Positions 50,170-59,278 of a stretch of DNA of 64,000 bases are shown piece by piece (within the stretch, counting starts at the first letter, position 1; every line of letters begins with the position of its first letter). A program made the position numbers and the translations under genes. Under the pieces are notes generated by a model. It was not told where the DNA came from, did not search any database, and saw nothing but the letters and a program-made list of their open reading frames with translations. Origin of the DNA: Thermoanaerobaculia bacterium (GTDB taxonomy: Bacteria; Acidobacteriota; Thermoanaerobaculia; Multivoradales; Multivoraceae); the NCBI GenBank assembly GCA_963666565.1, contig OY762911.1:3872001-3936000 (forward strand), given 5' to 3'.

Positions 50170-52071
50170 CTACTCCGGCAGCGCGAACACCCAGAGCACG
50201 CCGCCCTGCGGCACGTAGGTGTTCGTGCCGATGGCGCCGTCGAGGTGGTTCGTGCCGCGCTGCGCGTCGACGCCCCAGCCCGACTGGACCGCGACGTACT
50301 GCACGCCGTCGACCTCGAAGGAGGTGGGCACCCCGGTGACGCCCGAGTTGGTCCGCTGGCGCCACAGGATCTCCCCGGTCGCGGCGTCGAAGGCGCGGAA
50401 GTAGCGGTCGCTGGTGCCGCCCATGAAGACGAGGCCGCCGCCCGTCGTCAGCACCGGCCCCCACAGCTTGCGCTCGAACTCGACCGTCCACACCTTCTCG
50501 CGCGTGTCCAGGTTCCAGGCCTGGAGCTCGCCGTAGTGCTCCGCATCCTCGCGCGAAACGAAGTTCCCCTCCATGCCCATGAAGGTGCGACCCGGCCGGT
50601 AGTCCTCCTCGACCCCCTCCAGGTAGGAGCAGGTGTTCTCGTTGGCGGGGATGTAGAGCAGCTTCGTGTCCGGGCTCCAGGCCGCGGGAGGCCAGTTCTT
50701 GCCGCCGGACCAGGACGGACAGAACACGGCGCCTTCTCCCGTCGCCGGGGTCTTCGCCGGGTCGTACTCGGGGCGACCGGTGTCGGCATCGATCGACGTG
50801 AACACGTCCTGGTGGACGAACTGCGTCGCGTCCAGGAAGTCGATCGAGTCGGCGCTCCGCTCCAAGACCCAGAGGTAGGCGTTGCGCCCCGGATGGACGA
50901 GTGCCTTGCGGGTCGAGCCGCCCCGCTCCACGTCGATCAGCAGCGGCGGATCGACCTCGTCCCAGTCCCAACTGTCGTTCCAGTGGTACTGGTGGTGCGC
51001 CTTCAACTCGCCGGTGTCGACGTCGAGCGCCAGCACGGAGGTGGCGTAGAGGTTGTCGCCGGGACGCGCGTCGCCCGTCCACGGACCGCCGTTGCCGGTG
51101 CCCCAGTAGGTCAGCCGCAGTTCCGGGTCGTAGGTGCCGGTGACCCAGACCGGCACACCGCCGGTCCGCCAGGTGTCGCCGGGCCAACTGTCGTGGCCCG
51201 GCTCGCCCGGCCCGGGAATCGTGTACGTCTTCCAGAGTTCGTCCCCGCTGTCCGCGTCGTAGGCGGCGACGAAGCCGCGGATGCCCCACTCGCCGCCGGA
51301 CACGCCGACCATCACCTTGCCCTCGACCGCCAGCGGCGCCAGGGTCATGTAGTAGCCGCGGGCGTAGTTCTCGACCGCCGTCTCCCAGGCCACCTCGCCC
51401 GTCCGCGCGTCGAGGGCGATCAGGCGGGCGTCGACCGTGGCAACGTAGGCGCGATCTCCCCACAGCGCGACGCCCCGGTTCGTCGGGTGCATCTGCTGCA
51501 GGTCTTCGGGAAGCTCCGGGACGAACCGCCACAGCAGGTCGCCGGACCGGGCGTCGAGGGCGAGGACGCGGCTGCCCGGCGTCGTGATGAACAGCGTCCC
51601 GTCGTTGACGATCGGCGGCGACTGGTGACCCTCGTTGATGCCGGTCGAGAAGGTCCAGGCGGGGACGAGGGAGGCGACGTTCGAGGCGTCGATCCGGTCC
51701 AGCGGGCTGTAGCCCCAGCCGTCGTAGGTGCGCCGGTACATGAGCCAGTTCTCCGGCTCCGGCGCGAGCAGCCGTTCCTGGGTCACCGGCCGGTAACCAC
51801 GCTCCTGGGCGACGGCGGGCGCGACCACCGGGGCCAGCGCGACGAGGGCGACCAACCGTCGCAGACGTATCCGGTGCGCGCGAGTTCCATAGCTGAGGCA
51901 AGTTTCGGGTCGAAGGAACGGGCGCGGTCGCCACCGCTTCGCGGCGCGTTTCCTGGCCGCCTGCGGCGGCAGCCGGCGGGGACGCCGGCGCACCCGGTGT
52001 GGGGCGTCAACGACCCACCGGTTCGTCGGTCCGAGGCGAAGCCTCGCCAGAACTGCATGGCGATCCACCAT
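50170..52071 (-). CDS. PQQ-dependent dehydrogenase (methanol/ethanol-like family), secreted
   Basis: WLMYRRTYDGWGYSPL..I...NV, PQQ propeller repeats, GGEWGIRG, GTGNGGPW, WDWDE. True start is uncertain and may lie near 51890-51858. Confidence 0.9.
   Translation of the reverse strand: MVDRHAVLARLRLGPTNRWVVDAPHRVRRRPRRLPPQAARKRAAKRWRPRPFLRPETCLSYGTRAHRIRLRRLVALVALAPVVAPAVAQERGYRPVTQERLLAPEPENWLMYRRTYDGWGYSPLDRIDASNVASLVPAWTFSTGINEGHQSPPIVNDGTLFITTPGSRVLALDARSGDLLWRFVPELPEDLQQMHPTNRGVALWGDRAYVATVDARLIALDARTGEVAWETAVENYARGYYMTLAPLAVEGKVMVGVSGGEWGIRGFVAAYDADSGDELWKTYTIPGPGEPGHDSWPGDTWRTGGVPVWVTGTYDPELRLTYWGTGNGGPWTGDARPGDNLYATSVLALDVDTGELKAHHQYHWNDSWDWDEVDPPLLIDVERGGSTRKALVHPGRNAYLWVLERSADSIDFLDATQFVHQDVFTSIDADTGRPEYDPAKTPATGEGAVFCPSWSGGKNWPPAAWSPDTKLLYIPANENTCSYLEGVEEDYRPGRTFMGMEGNFVSREDAEHYGELQAWNLDTREKVWTVEFERKLWGPVLTTGGGLVFMGGTSDRYFRAFDAATGEILWRQRTNSGVTGVPTSFEVDGVQYVAVQSGWGVDAQRGTNHLDGAIGTNTYVPQGGVLWVFALPE
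51972..51995 (+). repeat. REP-like hairpin, family B (GCCGGCG-GGGA-CGCCGGC-GCACCC)
   Basis: Same 7/4/7 + GCACCC architecture as family A with a different stem; identical copy at 57748-57771. Confidence 0.8.
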
Positions 52072-52073
52072 CG

Positions 52074-52634
52074 TCAGAACTCCTTCTCGAACCGAATCGT
52101 CGCGCTGAAGCCGCCCGCCGCGACCGGCACGCCCTCTTCCGAGCGGAGCGGCAGCGACGGCAGCCGTCGCGGCGCTGGCCCCGAGATGACCTCCGCCGCG
52201 TCGCGCGGGTCGAACTCCGAGTCGTGGCAGCCGCAGACCAGGAACTCCGCCTCCTCGGACCAGTCCTCGATATCGCAGCCGGTGTGGGTGCAGATGCCCG
52301 AGTAGGCGACGACGCCGTCCGCCGACGCTTCCCGCGTCTCCGGCGCCAGCGAGTCGGGCTCGAAGCGCAGCAGCAGCACCTGGTTCAGGCGCGAGCCGTC
52401 GCGGACCGCGCCGCTGGCCGGGTCCATCGCGTAGCAGATGAGCTGTTCGCTCGCGAGCGGCACGTCGTCGATCCGGACCGTCTCGCCCTGGCGCGGCCCG
52501 AACGCGAAGACGAAGCGGTCGCCCTCTTGCGGCCGGGCCTTGCGCGGGTCGTCCGACTGCGCGTGCAGCACGTTCAGGCTGCGCACGCCCAGGCCCAGAC
52601 CGAGGGTGGACTTGAGCACGGTCCGGCGGTCCAT
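52074..52634 (-). CDS. Tat-exported Rieske [2Fe-2S] protein
   Basis: MDRRTVLK Tat signal; CTHTGC and CGCHDS boxes; GPAPRRLP. Confidence 0.92.
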   Translation of the reverse strand: MDRRTVLKSTLGLGLGVRSLNVLHAQSDDPRKARPQEGDRFVFAFGPRQGETVRIDDVPLASEQLICYAMDPASGAVRDGSRLNQVLLLRFEPDSLAPETREASADGVVAYSGICTHTGCDIEDWSEEAEFLVCGCHDSEFDPRDAAEVISGPAPRRLPSLPLRSEEGVPVAAGGFSATIRFEKEF

Positions 52635-52734
52635 CGCCGGCAGAGGCTAGCAGCCCGGTGCTACGATCTCGTCCCCTCAGGAACCGCCTTGGACCACTCC
52701 CCGCGGGGCCGCCCGCCCCGACAAAGGACCGCAG

Positions 52735-54171
52735 ATGATCGACATCCCCGCCATCCGTTGGGGCAAGCCCTACGAGTCGCTCGAGAAGGCGACGATCGTC
52801 CACTTCGAAACCGGCGACGAGCTGGCGACGCTGCACCAGACCAACCCCGGCCTGGTCCAGCGCGACATGCGCCGCGCCCAGCGCGCCCGCGACATCCTGC
52901 GCAAGATCCCTTCCAGCGAACTGATCTCCATGGTGACCGAGGCCGCCGATCTCTACCTGAACGCCGACCTTCCCCTCGGCAGCGGCAGCCAGACTCCGGA
53001 GGACTTCGTCCACTACCAGTCGGCGACGACCGGCCTGCCCGAGCACATGTGCCGGGCGAACATGGACAAGAACCACTTCGTGCTGACGAACATGGGCGAG
53101 GTGCTGGAAGCCCTGACGCGCGGTCTCGACCTCGACATCCTGGCCCGCGGCCACGGCATGGAAGAGCGCGGCGTGCCGGTGAGCTACCAGGCGCAGGCGC
53201 CGGTGATCGGCCTGGTGCTGCCGTCCAACTCGCCGGGCGTCCACACGCTGTGGATGCCGGTCATTCCGCTCCAGATCGGCCTCGTGTTCAAGCCGGGACC
53301 GCAGGAGCCGTGGACGCCGTACCGGATGACCGAGGCGTTCGCGCAGGCCGGCGTGCCGCGCGAGGCCATCTCGATCTACCCCGGCGAAGGCGACATCGGC
53401 GCCGCGGTTCTCGCCTCCTGCTCGCGCAGCATGATCTTCGGCGGCGCCGACACCGTGGCCCGCTACCAGAACGATCCCCGGGTCCAGCCGCACGGCCCCG
53501 GCTTCAGCAAGATCCTGCTCGGCGACGACGTCGTCGACGACTGGGAGCGGTACCTCGACGTGATGGTCGACAGCGTGCTGGTCAACAGCGGCCGGAGTTG
53601 CATCTCCTGCTCCGGCGTCTGGGCCTCGCGCCACACGGAGGACATCGCCCAGGCACTGGCCGAGCGGCTGGCGCCGGTGCTGCCGAAGCCGGCCGACGAC
53701 CCCGAGTCGCCGCTCGCCGCCTTTACCGTGCCGGGCATGGCGAAGGCGATCGACGGCATGATCGAGCGGCAGGTCGACGTTCCCGGCGTCCGCGACCTGA
53801 CCTCCAGGATCCGCGGCAACGGCCGGCTCGACGAACGCGAGCGCTGCGACTACCTGCTGCCGACGGTCCTCCACTGCGCCGACGCGGAGGTCGAAGCGGC
53901 CAACGTCGAGTACATGTTCCCTTTCGTTTCCGTCGTCGAATGCCCGCAGGCGAAGATGCTGAATGCGATCGGCGACACGCTGGTCTGCAGCGCGATCACG
54001 AACGACGAGCGCTGGCGGCGCCAACTGATCGACGCCACCCACGTCGACCGCCTGAACCTCGGCCCGGTGCCGACGATTCAGCTCAACTGGCTGCAGCCGC
54101 ACGAAGGGAACATCATCGACTTCCTGTTCCGGGCGCGGGCGTTCCAGGAGGCGGAGGTGGCCTCAGGCTGA
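52735..54171 (+). CDS. ALDH-superfamily protein, GriD/EhpG/LuxC-like acyl reductase
   Basis: LPSNSPG, FKPG, IFGG, NSGRSCISCS, EYMFPF; the canonical ELGG general-base motif is replaced by HGPGFSK. Confidence 0.8.
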   Translation: MIDIPAIRWGKPYESLEKATIVHFETGDELATLHQTNPGLVQRDMRRAQRARDILRKIPSSELISMVTEAADLYLNADLPLGSGSQTPEDFVHYQSATTGLPEHMCRANMDKNHFVLTNMGEVLEALTRGLDLDILARGHGMEERGVPVSYQAQAPVIGLVLPSNSPGVHTLWMPVIPLQIGLVFKPGPQEPWTPYRMTEAFAQAGVPREAISIYPGEGDIGAAVLASCSRSMIFGGADTVARYQNDPRVQPHGPGFSKILLGDDVVDDWERYLDVMVDSVLVNSGRSCISCSGVWASRHTEDIAQALAERLAPVLPKPADDPESPLAAFTVPGMAKAIDGMIERQVDVPGVRDLTSRIRGNGRLDERERCDYLLPTVLHCADAEVEAANVEYMFPFVSVVECPQAKMLNAIGDTLVCSAITNDERWRRQLIDATHVDRLNLGPVPTIQLNWLQPHEGNIIDFLFRARAFQEAEVASG

Positions 54172-54879
54172 GGCGGCCTGTACCTCGCCGCCGCCAGCGG
54201 CTCTCAGCTCGTCGTACCAGTCCTTGACTCGTTCCGGCGACCAGGGCGTCACCGCGCAGTCGGCGACGAAACAGACCTGGTCAGCGATCTCCTCGACCAG
54301 TTCGAGGCGATGGGACGAGAGCAGCACTCCGCGACCGCCGGCGGCGAACTCCCGGAGCATCCGGCAGAGGCGCGCCACCGCGACCGGGTCGAGGCCGTTG
54401 AACGGCTCGTCGAGGATCAGCAGTTCCGGCTCGTGCAGCAGCGCCGCGGCCAGGGCCAGTTGCCGCCGATTTCCCGTCGACAACTGGTGACACAAGCGAT
54501 CGGCGGTCGGCACTTCGAGCGCTTCCAGCAGCTCGACCGCACGGCGCCGAGCATCGCCGACCTTCAGACCATGTAGAACGGCGCAGTACTCCAGGAACTC
54601 GAGCGGTCGGAGAAAGTCGAAGAGCTCGTCCTCTTCCAGCAGAATGCCGACCCTGGCCATCGCCTCCGGATGAAGCCGCGGGTCCTGCCCGAACATCCGT
54701 ACCGTGCCCGCGTCCGGTTCGGTCAGCCCCAGCCCGAGCCGCATCAGCGTCGTCTTGCCGGCTCCGTTCCGGCCCACCAGGCACTGGACGCCCGCGCCGA
54801 TCTCGAGGTCCACCGAGCTCAGCACCTCCAAGTCGCCGTAGGACTTGTCGACCGAATCCAGCCGCAACATCGCCGTCAT
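54163..54879 (-). CDS. ABC transporter ATP-binding protein
   Basis: GRNGAGKTT, LSTGN, ILDEP, SSH; ATGA-coupled to the permease. Confidence 0.92.
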   Translation of the reverse strand: MTAMLRLDSVDKSYGDLEVLSSVDLEIGAGVQCLVGRNGAGKTTLMRLGLGLTEPDAGTVRMFGQDPRLHPEAMARVGILLEEDELFDFLRPLEFLEYCAVLHGLKVGDARRRAVELLEALEVPTADRLCHQLSTGNRRQLALAAALLHEPELLILDEPFNGLDPVAVARLCRMLREFAAGGRGVLLSSHRLELVEEIADQVCFVADCAVTPWSPERVKDWYDELRAAGGGEVQAASA

Positions 54880-56750
54880 GCCGTCACCGCCCATTCCCGC
54901 AACCGGCGTCGCAGCCAGTCGCCCTTGGCCAGGGTGGCCACGAATGCCGAACATCCGCCGGCCGAGACCAGCAGCAGGACCGTCATCGTGACCACCGCGG
55001 TTCCGGAACCGGCAAGCAACCGCGCTGCCGCCGCCGCGCCGCCGAAGACGGAGACGAGAACCAGCCAGCCGCTACCGAGCAACCCAAGCGCCAGCACGCT
55101 GGAGTAGAGGTCGCGCTGCTCGTGCAGCTTCGGCCGCCTGGGCAACCAGATCGAAACCGACGTGCCGGCGCCCGCCAGACCGACCAGCGAGCACCCGGCG
55201 ATCAGGAACGGGATCGGCCGGTCCGCGGCCGGGATCCGCTCGGCAAGAAGCCAGACCGCGGCCGCCAACTGCAGCAGCACCAGGCCGCCAACGACAGCCA
55301 CGAGACCGAGCACCTTCCCGGGCAGGCAGGCGCCAAGAGCCCTTTCGGCCGACATCGAGAGTCGCCGTACGCCGTCCGCCGTGAACCCGAGCAGGTTGGC
55401 GAAGAAGGCAATCCAGAACACGCAGAGAAGGGCGCCGAGCCCGGACGCCATCCAGAGAGCGAACTGTCCGCCGTCCTCCCCGACCGCAGACTCCTCGCCG
55501 CGGAGAACGATCGCCATGAAGACCGGCATGATCCAACTGAGTATCAGATTCAGCCGTACCTGACGGAAGCGGAGCATCATCCGCGCCTCCGCGAGAGCAA
55601 AGACGAAGACCGGCCGCGCTCGGATGCCCGCCGGCGCCCGGCCGGCGGAGGCCGCCCCCGACGGCTTCTCCCGCAAACTGGCCGAGGGGCTCTGCGGCTG
55701 CCGGCGCGAGGCCCGCCATCCGAGGTTCCACTTCTTCCCTGCGCCGCGGTCGTCCGGACTCCTCTGCTCCAGCGCGAAAGCCGCGGCGAGCAGCGCAAGC
55801 AGCGCGAGCAGCCGGCCGCCGCTCACGGCCCCTTGAGCCCAGACCGCCTCGGCCGCCCACAGCGGTTCGACGGCGCTCGCCGCCAGAACCGTCAGGAGCA
55901 GCAGCCCGAGACCGGCGCCCAACCAGCGCCGCCGACCCCCCGCCCCGAGAATCACCGCGCCCACCGGACCCGCAACGATCATCGCGGCCACGGCGCCGGC
56001 CACGTCCATGCCCTCGAACGCCCACTCCGGCCCCCGCGGCCACCCGGCGCCCCACAGCCCGAGCGCCAGCGCCTCGTTGAGCAGCACCAGCACCAGCGTC
56101 AGGCCCATGACGTTCGTGCCGGTCGTCAACGCCGCACGCCGGGCCGCCGACAGGCCGAACCTCACGCCCGCGCGCCGGTCGAACCAGGGCGCCAGCGGCG
56201 CCAACTGGAGCAGCGTCATGACCACGAAGAAGGCGACGATCGCGAAGAGCGGATCTACCGGTAAATCCCTCGGAGGTCCCTGCTCCGAACTCGCGGAGGC
56301 GAAGAAGAGGTTGACGAGCAAAAACACCGCCAACGCCCCGGCGAAGACCAGCTTCCCCTTCTCGCTCAGCGCCTTCCGCCAAGCGGCCAGCACACGGAAG
56401 CGGACCACCGTGAGGTTCGCCCCGAACAGCCCTCTCCTGCGATCGGCCGAAGCGCTCCCGGCCGACCGAGCGACAACTCCAGTGACCGGCGCCGCCGAGT
56501 GTTCATCGGCGGCCCACCATTGACCCGCACTGTCGTCCCCCAACTCCTCGCGCAGTTCCGACAGCCGCTTCTCGCGCCTGAGTTTCCACTCGAAGTGAGC
56601 GCCCGCGCAAAGGCATGCAACACCAAGTCCGACGTAGCTCCACCCCGTCGTCGCGTTCTCCCCGGCGAGGTGCCAAAGCCCCAGAAGCAGCCAACCCGTG
56701 CCGCAAACCGGGTACCCGAACCGCCGCAACTTCCTCCGGCGCTCCGTCAC
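54876..56750 (-). CDS. Multi-pass ABC exporter permease
   Basis: More than 10 hydrophobic segments; FANLLGFTADG motif; coupled to the ATPase. Confidence 0.7.
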   Translation of the reverse strand: MTERRRKLRRFGYPVCGTGWLLLGLWHLAGENATTGWSYVGLGVACLCAGAHFEWKLRREKRLSELREELGDDSAGQWWAADEHSAAPVTGVVARSAGSASADRRRGLFGANLTVVRFRVLAAWRKALSEKGKLVFAGALAVFLLVNLFFASASSEQGPPRDLPVDPLFAIVAFFVVMTLLQLAPLAPWFDRRAGVRFGLSAARRAALTTGTNVMGLTLVLVLLNEALALGLWGAGWPRGPEWAFEGMDVAGAVAAMIVAGPVGAVILGAGGRRRWLGAGLGLLLLTVLAASAVEPLWAAEAVWAQGAVSGGRLLALLALLAAAFALEQRSPDDRGAGKKWNLGWRASRRQPQSPSASLREKPSGAASAGRAPAGIRARPVFVFALAEARMMLRFRQVRLNLILSWIMPVFMAIVLRGEESAVGEDGGQFALWMASGLGALLCVFWIAFFANLLGFTADGVRRLSMSAERALGACLPGKVLGLVAVVGGLVLLQLAAAVWLLAERIPAADRPIPFLIAGCSLVGLAGAGTSVSIWLPRRPKLHEQRDLYSSVLALGLLGSGWLVLVSVFGGAAAAARLLAGSGTAVVTMTVLLLVSAGGCSAFVATLAKGDWLRRRLREWAVTA

Positions 56751-56904
56751 GTCCTTTCCCCGGTCCTCCGGTCAGTCCCTCCTGAGTCGCGGGAGTCTAA
56801 CTGCCTGCGGGCCATACCGGCCACGGCTGCGGGTAACTGGCCACGCCCTCTCGCAAGCCGCGGTCAGAGCCCGGGGACCTCTTGCCGCTGTACCATCGCC
56901 CACC

Positions 56905-57870
56905 ATGCGCAAGCGGCTGGCCTCGGGCATCGAGCTCCGCAACGCGAGTTCCGACTCGGACTATGCGGCGGTGGTCGACCTCCAGCGCGAGACCTGGGGC
57001 GACGCCTTCGACGATGCGGTGCCGCCGCCGATGCTGAGGATCTCCCAGAAGATGGGCGGCGTGGTCGCCGGCGCCTTCGACGAGGACGGCCGGATGCTCG
57101 GCTTCATTTACGGGATGAGCGGCTTCCGCTTCGGGCAGCGCGCGCACTGGTCCCACATGCTCGCGGTGGCGCGGGAGGCCCGCGGCCTCGCGCTGGGCCG
57201 CGAGCTCAAGGCGTTCCAGCGGGAGCTTCTGCTGGAACTGGATGTCGAGACGGTGTACTGGACCTACGACCCGCTGGTCGCCCGGAACGCGAACTTGAAC
57301 CTGAACCGGCTCGGCGCGCTGCCGGTCGAGTACGTAGAGGACATGTACGGCGAGGACACGGGCAGCATCCTGCACAGCGGGCTGGGCACGGACCGCTTCA
57401 TCGTCGCCTGGCCGATCGCGAGCGAGCGGGTCGCGCGGCTGATGGAGGCCGGTCCGGCCGCCGGGCCGACCCGGGACACGCCGCCTTTCCCCGTCGACGA
57501 GACGCTGCCTGACACGGCGTGGGTCGAGGTGCCGCCGAACATCGGCGCCATCCTGCGCTCGTCGCCCGAGAACGCCTTCGCCTGGCGGCGGCGCACCCGG
57601 GCGCAGTTCCAGGAGCGCCTGAAGACGGGCTACGCGGTGACCGGATTCACGTGGCGCCAGAAACCAGAACCGGATGCCGGCCAGGACGCAGCCGCACCCG
57701 GTGTCCCGGAGACCGGCGAGGGTGAGCGCGTGCCGGGAGCCGCGGATGCCGGCGGGGACGCCGGCGCACCCATTGTTCCGGGTGCCGGTCAAGAGGCCGG
57801 CGCACCCAGCGTCTCGGACCGTCGCTACTACTACCGGCTCGGGAAGCCCGAAGAAACGGAGACGCAATGA
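56905..57870 (+). CDS. GNAT-family acyltransferase (putative D-amino acid N-succinyltransferase)
   Basis: LQRETWG, HWSHMLAV, GLALGRELK, WTYDPL..RNA.LN, DRF; overlaps the NSAR start (ATGA). Confidence 0.85.
   Translation: MRKRLASGIELRNASSDSDYAAVVDLQRETWGDAFDDAVPPPMLRISQKMGGVVAGAFDEDGRMLGFIYGMSGFRFGQRAHWSHMLAVAREARGLALGRELKAFQRELLLELDVETVYWTYDPLVARNANLNLNRLGALPVEYVEDMYGEDTGSILHSGLGTDRFIVAWPIASERVARLMEAGPAAGPTRDTPPFPVDETLPDTAWVEVPPNIGAILRSSPENAFAWRRRTRAQFQERLKTGYAVTGFTWRQKPEPDAGQDAAAPGVPETGEGERVPGAADAGGDAGAPIVPGAGQEAGAPSVSDRRYYYRLGKPEETETQ
57676..57807 (+). repeat. Four 36-bp-period REP-derived units translated in frame within the GNAT gene
   Basis: Units start at 57676, 57712 (degenerate), 57748 and 57784 and encode DAGQDAAAP / DAGGDAGAP / GAGQEAGAP. 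Confidence 0.75.
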
Positions 57871-58994
57871 GCCTTCAGATCGACTCGATCACCCTGCGCG
57901 AGATCCGGCTGCCCCTGGTCGAGCCGTTCCGCATCTCGTCCGGCGTCACGACGGCCCGCCGCATCCTGCTGCTGGAGCTGGTCGATGCCGACGGCGCATC
58001 GACCTGGTCCGAGTGCGTGGCCGGCGACTTCCCGAACTACTCGCCAGAGAGCATCGACACGGCGACCCTTGCGATCCGCGAGTGGCTGGCGCCTCGCGTG
58101 CTGGGCCGGCGGTTCGAAGCGCCCGGCCACGTGGCCGCGGCTCTGGCCGAGGATCTTCGCGGCCACGAAATGGCCCAGGCCGCGATCGAGATGGGCGCCT
58201 GGGCGCTGGCGGCGACCAAGGCCGGCCAGAGTCTCTCGTCGCTGCTCGGCGGCAGCCGCCAGCGGATCGGCACCGGCATCTCGATCGGCATCCAGAACTC
58301 GCCCGAGGAGCTCGCCGACAAGGCTGAGAAGGCGCTGGCCGAGGGCTACCGGAAGATCAAGCTGAAGATCAAGCCGGGCCAGGACTTGGACTACCTGCAC
58401 GCCGTGCGCGAGCGGCTCGGCCCGGACGCGCCCTTGATGGCCGACGCGAACAACGCCTACACGCTGGGCGACGTCGACCACCTCGTCCAACTCGACGACC
58501 TCGACCTGGTGATGGTCGAGCAGCCGCTGGCCTGGGACGACGTCGCCCGCCACGCCGAGCTACAGCGGCGGATGCGGACGCCGATCTGCCTCGACGAGTC
58601 GATCACGAACATCGCGCGCGCCGAAGACATGATCCGCCTCCGAGCCGGCCGGATCGTCAACATCAAGCCGGGCCGGGTCGCCGGGTTCACCGCGTCGAGA
58701 GCCATCCACGACCTCTGCGAGGCGAACGACATCCCGGTCTGGTGCGGCGGCATGCTGGAGAGCGGCATCGGCCGCGCGTACAACGTGGCCCTGGCCTCTC
58801 TGCCGAACTTCACGATCCCCGGCGACGTGAGCCCCAGCAACCGCTACTGGGCTCGAGACATCGTGTCGCCGGAGTGGACGATGAACGACGACGGCTGGGT
58901 CGACGTGTCGGACGGCCCCGGCCTGGGCGTCGAGGTCGACCGCGAGCGGGTCGAAGCGTTGACGGTGCAGCGGCAAACGCTTCGAGCCGATTGA
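57867..58994 (+). CDS. menC: o-Succinylbenzoate synthase / N-succinylamino acid racemase (NSAR/OSBS subfamily)
   Basis: KLKIKP, ADAN, VEQP, CLDES, NIKPGR, WCGGMLE, PGD.S.S.RY. Confidence 0.9.
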   Translation: MSLQIDSITLREIRLPLVEPFRISSGVTTARRILLLELVDADGASTWSECVAGDFPNYSPESIDTATLAIREWLAPRVLGRRFEAPGHVAAALAEDLRGHEMAQAAIEMGAWALAATKAGQSLSSLLGGSRQRIGTGISIGIQNSPEELADKAEKALAEGYRKIKLKIKPGQDLDYLHAVRERLGPDAPLMADANNAYTLGDVDHLVQLDDLDLVMVEQPLAWDDVARHAELQRRMRTPICLDESITNIARAEDMIRLRAGRIVNIKPGRVAGFTASRAIHDLCEANDIPVWCGGMLESGIGRAYNVALASLPNFTIPGDVSPSNRYWARDIVSPEWTMNDDGWVDVSDGPGLGVEVDRERVEALTVQRQTLRAD

Positions 58995-59024
58995 CGGCGA
59001 AGCCGACTTCCGCTCGCGTAGACG

Positions 59025-59225
59025 TCAGCCGGTCCCCCTGAGTCTCAACATGGACCGCGTTGAGAGCACCACCCCGATGACGGCCAGAGCGCAAGCGCCC
59101 CAGAACACCGAGTCGAAGTCGCTCCCGCAGAATCGGAGGCCCACTTGCACGCCGCTGACTGCCGCCAGCAGCGTGCCGCCCACTCCCTGCCGAACGAGCC
59201 CACGTTCGGTCCGCACCTTTCCCAT
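59025..59225 (-). CDS. Possible 66-aa small membrane protein
   Basis: MGKVRTERG... with two hydrophobic stretches in an otherwise intergenic gap; weak RBS. Confidence 0.3.
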   Translation of the reverse strand: MGKVRTERGLVRQGVGGTLLAAVSGVQVGLRFCGSDFDSVFWGACALAVIGVVLSTRSMLRLRGTG

Positions 59226-59278
59226 ACCGGAAGCCCTTCCCGTCCGTCGAACCGATTCTTCCCGGCGCCGGTCGCTGC

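Noticed and set aside
51840-52071. Possible frameshift at the PQQ dehydrogenase start (out-of-frame ATG at 51890-51888 just before the signal peptide)
   Set aside because: In-frame alternatives exist (ATG 52071, TTG near 51858); it cannot be resolved without reads or homologues.
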